A DNA stretch of 64,000 nt. Source: Chthoniobacterales bacterium. GTDB lineage: Bacteria; Verrucomicrobiota; Verrucomicrobiia; Chthoniobacterales; UBA10450. A program made the translations under genes and the position numbers. Positions 60,048-64,000 of this stretch are shown one piece after another. The stretch spans positions 3,459 to 67,458 of the forward strand of contig JBHEMD010000216.1 in assembly GCA_046262735.1 (NCBI GenBank), written 5' to 3'. The notes below the pieces were generated by a model. The model searched no databases. It was not told where the DNA came from and saw only the letters and a program-made list of their open reading frames with translations. Positions within the stretch are counted from its first letter, which is position 1, and each line of letters starts with the position of its first letter.

Positions 60048-61631
60048 CTATTTGAAAAACGCATCGCGACATGGCGCTTCGATGACGGCCAGCTGCGCGT
60101 ATTCCGCAATTGCGGGCGGATTGCCTGTGGCCCGGAGATATTCAGCCTGCAACCCCGCGCGGAACGGCGAATGTTTTTCCAACACAAACACCGCCTGCAA
60201 ATCGCGACTCGGCTCGCGCCACGGAATCGCCCGCGGATAAACGCGATGCGGATACTCAAAAATCGAGTTGGACACAGCCAGGCTTTCACCGCTCTCAAAC
60301 AGGAGCGGGTAAACAAAAGAAATCGTAGTCCAGACGGAAGTGACATGGTTGCGACGCAAATGCGCTTCGACGCCTTCGATGTCCGTTGCCGGGATGCGCG
60401 TCATGCAAAAAGTTTTTGCGTCATCACACCACGTCAGGGTTTCGATCTGATTCTGTCTGCCGACTTTCACCATGGTCGCGATGCCGACGATCAAGATCGC
60501 CGCGAGCACTCCGGTCCCGGCGAGACGATATGGCATCGCCGATGAAGCGAGCCAACATTTGAGCAGCCGGCCAGTCAGCGCCGATAGAAAAAAACAGCCG
60601 CCAAAAAAATAACTGGGAACGCCCGCCCGCATCGTCAGATAGGGAAGGAAACACGCCAGGGCCAGGATCAGAAGCACCACATCTTTTTGCGGTGCGCCGA
60701 GCACATCGCCATGCAACCCGCGCAATGTGTTCAGAGGCGATTTCAGCAACAGCCACACCGCGCGAGCGACCGCCAGAACGCTGATCGCGTAAAACATCCA
60801 GCCCGCGAGCGGCTCTTCCGGATAGTACCAAAGCACCGTGTCGGGTCCGAAAAACTTCGGTATCTCGTGAAAGAAAATCCGAACACAAGTGGACAATTGA
60901 AAGAGTGTGGCCAATCCGCCCCCGGGCCGATCAACGGCGAGATATCGCCAGTTTGCGAAATGGTGCGTGAAATTAAACGCAATCGCCGGAGCGTATCCGA
61001 GGACGAAACCGACTGCCCCGAGCACCGCATTCTTCAGTGACCGGTTGCCCGAGATAATCAGCAACATCGACAATGCCGCCACGAGCGGGATCGCCAGTTC
61101 CAAAGACCAGATGCTGAGCCCGGCCGCCAGTCCGAAGAAAAAGAACAGTTTTGGTTTCGAACCTGGGGATGATCGGACGGCGAAAAAGAGAGTCGTCAAA
61201 ATGGGGATGGACAGAAAGTACCAGGAATAGCCCCGCACCTGGAAATGCCACTTGAGCAGCGTCGGGCAAAGGGCGAAGGCGGTTGTGCCGAGCAACGCCG
61301 TCGCCGTGTCGTAGATAAAACGACACATCGCATAAAACAGAATCAGGCAGATCAGCGACAGCAGCAAAATGCAGCTCTTCAGCGGAATCACGCCGATGCC
61401 GAAGAGTGCGAAAGCGATCGCGGCCAGGTAAGCTTCCCAAGCCGCACCGGCGTTGTAAGGCTGGCCGTACATATATAGAGGGAGATAGCGCCCCTCCAGG
61501 ATGTGTTTGCCCATCAGGCCGATGATCGCCTCGTCGCTGTGCACATGCGTCTGCGACGCGAGCAGAATAGTAAACCACGCGACTGCGGTCACTCCGAGTA
61601 GGCAAAGGAAAGCCGTGTGCTGGCGCATCAT
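60048..61631 (-). CDS. polytopic membrane protein, GT-C (ArnT/PMT)-like glycosyltransferase (inferred)
   Basis: About 12 TM helices, an early periplasmic loop HSDEAIIGLMGKHILEG and a ~130-aa C-terminal soluble domain. Start uncertain (61631 or 61676). Confidence 0.55.
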   Translation of the reverse strand: MMRQHTAFLCLLGVTAVAWFTILLASQTHVHSDEAIIGLMGKHILEGRYLPLYMYGQPYNAGAAWEAYLAAIAFALFGIGVIPLKSCILLLSLICLILFYAMCRFIYDTATALLGTTAFALCPTLLKWHFQVRGYSWYFLSIPILTTLFFAVRSSPGSKPKLFFFFGLAAGLSIWSLELAIPLVAALSMLLIISGNRSLKNAVLGAVGFVLGYAPAIAFNFTHHFANWRYLAVDRPGGGLATLFQLSTCVRIFFHEIPKFFGPDTVLWYYPEEPLAGWMFYAISVLAVARAVWLLLKSPLNTLRGLHGDVLGAPQKDVVLLILALACFLPYLTMRAGVPSYFFGGCFFLSALTGRLLKCWLASSAMPYRLAGTGVLAAILIVGIATMVKVGRQNQIETLTWCDDAKTFCMTRIPATDIEGVEAHLRRNHVTSVWTTISFVYPLLFESGESLAVSNSIFEYPHRVYPRAIPWREPSRDLQAVFVLEKHSPFRAGLQAEYLRATGNPPAIAEYAQLAVIEAPCRDAFFK

Positions 61632-61692
61632 GGAAACGGCCGTTGTCTCCGGTTCGGTCAACCTGGTGCCGTGCATCACGGTCGCGACCTGC

Positions 61693-64000
61693 TCATGGCG
61701 GAGGATGAAATCCGAAATCGGCCTGCAATTTGTGCCAGAGCCATTCAACGGACGAGTCTTTCCCGAGCAAGCTGGCGTTTGCATTGGCCAGCGCCTCGGC
61801 TTTGTCCAGTCGCTCGTTCAGACAATAGAGGTAAATGAGAAGCAACAGATCGTTGGTAGTGGCTGGGCTGCGGGACTTTTTCATTTCCAGAAGATCAATC
61901 GCACGGGTCACGTCGCGCGCAGCCAGCGCCCCAGCGATGAGGTCAGGCAGCGTTTCAACCGGTGGCGAATCGCTCTTACGCGCAACTCTCTCCGCGATGC
62001 CGACTCTGAATCCATCGCTGCCGAGAACTTCGAGAATCGGAGTTCGCAGGCGCGAATGACGCAGATAAAGATCGAGTTCGTCCAGTTTATTGCTTCCGCC
62101 TGTCTCGGAGAGATATCTGGATTGACGCAACGCAAACAAAGATTCCAGTGACTGGTTCAATATCTCGGGCCAGACCGTGCTCATGAGTGATGAGCGCTGA
62201 AAGCGCGTCAGCGCCGACCGCGGTTCGAAGTAGCTCAGCGCAAAACGCTGGTTGGCTTCCGCATCCCACGATTCGTCGGTCAATCGCTTTGGATAATTAT
62301 CGATCAAAGGCGCGACCTCGCCCGTGATGCGGTCGATTTCCTCGCCGTCCATGACAAAGAGAGCGCCGAGCTGCTCGGGAACTTCCATCCCGATCCGCCG
62401 CAAATCAGCGCCGGTATTCGGGTCGGCCCACAACCGTGTGATTTCCTCCGCTTCTACTTTAGCGCCGGTTCCTTTGATGCCCATCATGATCCATTCCTCG
62501 TCGGCCGCGGCCCAGACTGAACACGTTGGAAACACAGCACGGAAAGCGCGCAGGATCGCTTTCGCTTCTTCCAACTTTAGCTGGTTGAGCGGCAGCCAGA
62601 AGGTCGCGATCCCGCCATTTTTGAGGCGGCCCTTCATGAGCGAGAAAAATTCTTCCGTATAGAGATTGACCGACCCGGCTACCTTCGGCGGCGGAGGTTC
62701 GCCCGAAATAATGTCGTACTGTCGCGGGCAGGCTTGCAGAAAAAAGCGGCCGTCTTGCACAATCGCCGCCACGCGGGAATCGCGAAGCGGATTCGAGTAA
62801 TTGATCCCGGAATAGAAATCGGCCAGCACGAATACTTCTTTGGAAATATCTACGGCGTCCAACCGCCTGACTGATTCGGCGTGCAGAAACGCATCCGCCG
62901 TCACTCCGCATCCATAACAAATGAGGAGCACATCCTTCGGCCCGGCGCGGAAAGCGAGCGGCAGATACGCAAACAATCGCATGTAACGCTGACTGTGCGG
63001 ATTTGGCGCCGACATCGAAAATGCGTTTGTGAGCAGGCGATAGTAGTAGGGCTCGCCGAACAGATCGCGCTCCAGCAGTTGCAACGTATCCGACGTGCCT
63101 TCGATCTTCTTCACCACGTGCGCCAGCACCCGGCCTTGTTCGTCCACTTCATAAGGACGGCTCGCGTGAGCGAAATGTTCCTCCGCACGATGAAATGGAA
63201 AAAATGCGAACCCAACCAGCAGCACGAAGGTGAGACTGGCGCTCGTCAATCCAACACCGCTCTTGAGCGACCATTGCTGCCGTTCGCTCGTAACAATCGC
63301 AAGCACCACGTACCCGGCCGCGCAAAAAATCAGGCTCCATTGGTAGCCGACGCGGGGCAACAGCAGAAACGTCGCAAGCAGCGGACCCAATGCCGCTCCG
63401 ATCGTGTTGAACAGCGTCGTAACTCCCGTGCTGTTCATCCGATCTTTCACGCTCGCGTGGACGCGGGCGATAATCGACGGCAACAAAATACCGGATAGAA
63501 AGGAAGCCGGAAACATCAGCAGGAGAGAAACGCGCGCGATCTGCGCCCAACCAATTTCGAACAGCCCGACCTGCGCTGGAATCGCATTTGCAGGAAAAAA
63601 CAGATAAGAACCAAGCGTCGCGAGCGCGCTGAGAAGCAGAAGCACTGGCAGCAGATTGGCCGTGCGCATTCCGCGCCGCTGAATCGCACCGGCCGCAATG
63701 CTGCCCGATCCGATTCCGGCCAGAGCCACTGCCAGCATCACCGCAAACGCGGTTGCAGACGAAGCGACATATAACCGCAGGAAGCGGAACCAAACCACTT
63801 CGAGCGCAAGAAAAATGCAGCCTGCTCCAAAGCTCATGAGGAGCAGACGCCAAGGCGGCTGATAATTCGACGCCACGCGCAACGGGAAGGTTCTGGAGCG
63901 CGGGGCTGCTGCGCCGCTTTCGGGATCGCGTTTTGCCAGGAACCAACCGATCACCGCGGCGAGGCAGCTCGCCATACCTGCGGCCAGACTCGTCCCGCGT
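61693..64000 (-). CDS. fused polytopic membrane (MFS-like) / spermidine-synthase-like SAM-fold protein with helical-repeat tail; 5' end beyond the window
   Basis: The frame is open to position 64000. There are at least 8 TM helices, then LLICYGCGVTA...DISKEV...DGRFFL...YDIISGEPPPP (spermidine-synthase/methyltransferase fold), then a C-terminal helical region. Confidence 0.75.
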   Translation of the reverse strand, partial: RGTSLAAGMASCLAAVIGWFLAKRDPESGAAAPRSRTFPLRVASNYQPPWRLLLMSFGAGCIFLALEVVWFRFLRLYVASSATAFAVMLAVALAGIGSGSIAAGAIQRRGMRTANLLPVLLLLSALATLGSYLFFPANAIPAQVGLFEIGWAQIARVSLLLMFPASFLSGILLPSIIARVHASVKDRMNSTGVTTLFNTIGAALGPLLATFLLLPRVGYQWSLIFCAAGYVVLAIVTSERQQWSLKSGVGLTSASLTFVLLVGFAFFPFHRAEEHFAHASRPYEVDEQGRVLAHVVKKIEGTSDTLQLLERDLFGEPYYYRLLTNAFSMSAPNPHSQRYMRLFAYLPLAFRAGPKDVLLICYGCGVTADAFLHAESVRRLDAVDISKEVFVLADFYSGINYSNPLRDSRVAAIVQDGRFFLQACPRQYDIISGEPPPPKVAGSVNLYTEEFFSLMKGRLKNGGIATFWLPLNQLKLEEAKAILRAFRAVFPTCSVWAAADEEWIMMGIKGTGAKVEAEEITRLWADPNTGADLRRIGMEVPEQLGALFVMDGEEIDRITGEVAPLIDNYPKRLTDESWDAEANQRFALSYFEPRSALTRFQRSSLMSTVWPEILNQSLESLFALRQSRYLSETGGSNKLDELDLYLRHSRLRTPILEVLGSDGFRVGIAERVARKSDSPPVETLPDLIAGALAARDVTRAIDLLEMKKSRSPATTNDLLLLIYLYCLNERLDKAEALANANASLLGKDSSVEWLWHKLQADFGFHPPP

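Overview
GC-rich bacterial chromosomal window, tightly packed on both strands. It holds about 50 protein genes, RNase P RNA and one tRNA-Tyr. I saw no rRNA, CRISPR array, transposase, integrase or prophage genes. Two TGTTC-N4-GAACA LexA boxes and the gene content suggest Verrucomicrobiota (inference only). Positions 1-45 kb are mainly housekeeping: an ATP-citrate-lyase-like pair, aconitase, peroxiredoxin, rnpB, lexA-imuA-imuB', aquaporin, exbB-exbD-TPR, glgE, ygfZ, parB, a DegT aminotransferase, an RRM protein, a KS/KS-like pair, lptD, ugd, rsmB, coaX, hemB and gpmI. Positions 47.6-64 kb look accessory: three paralogous GT-C+TPR (TMTC-like) membrane proteins, a fourth TPR protein with an unrecognised His-rich membrane domain, a decayed GT-C gene, a TonB-dependent receptor, an ArnT-like membrane protein and a fused membrane/spermidine-synthase-like protein. 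The most unusual signals are listed here. (1) A 10/11-mer, WTGTCGATCTT, occurs at least 28 times in several reading frames and in spacers, mostly on the coding strand. (2) The GT-C/TPR block itself. (3) An alkaline-phosphatase homologue has lost its nucleophile and metal ligands. (4) An M29 aminopeptidase has a single in-frame TAG. (5) The LexA-controlled imuA-imuB cassette has a truncated imuB and no dnaE2. (6) An orphan KS/CLF-like pair sits next to lptD. (7) A 1089-aa bitopic TPR protein carries novel C-terminal FEIA repeats. All functional calls come from reading motifs by eye; no searches were run.
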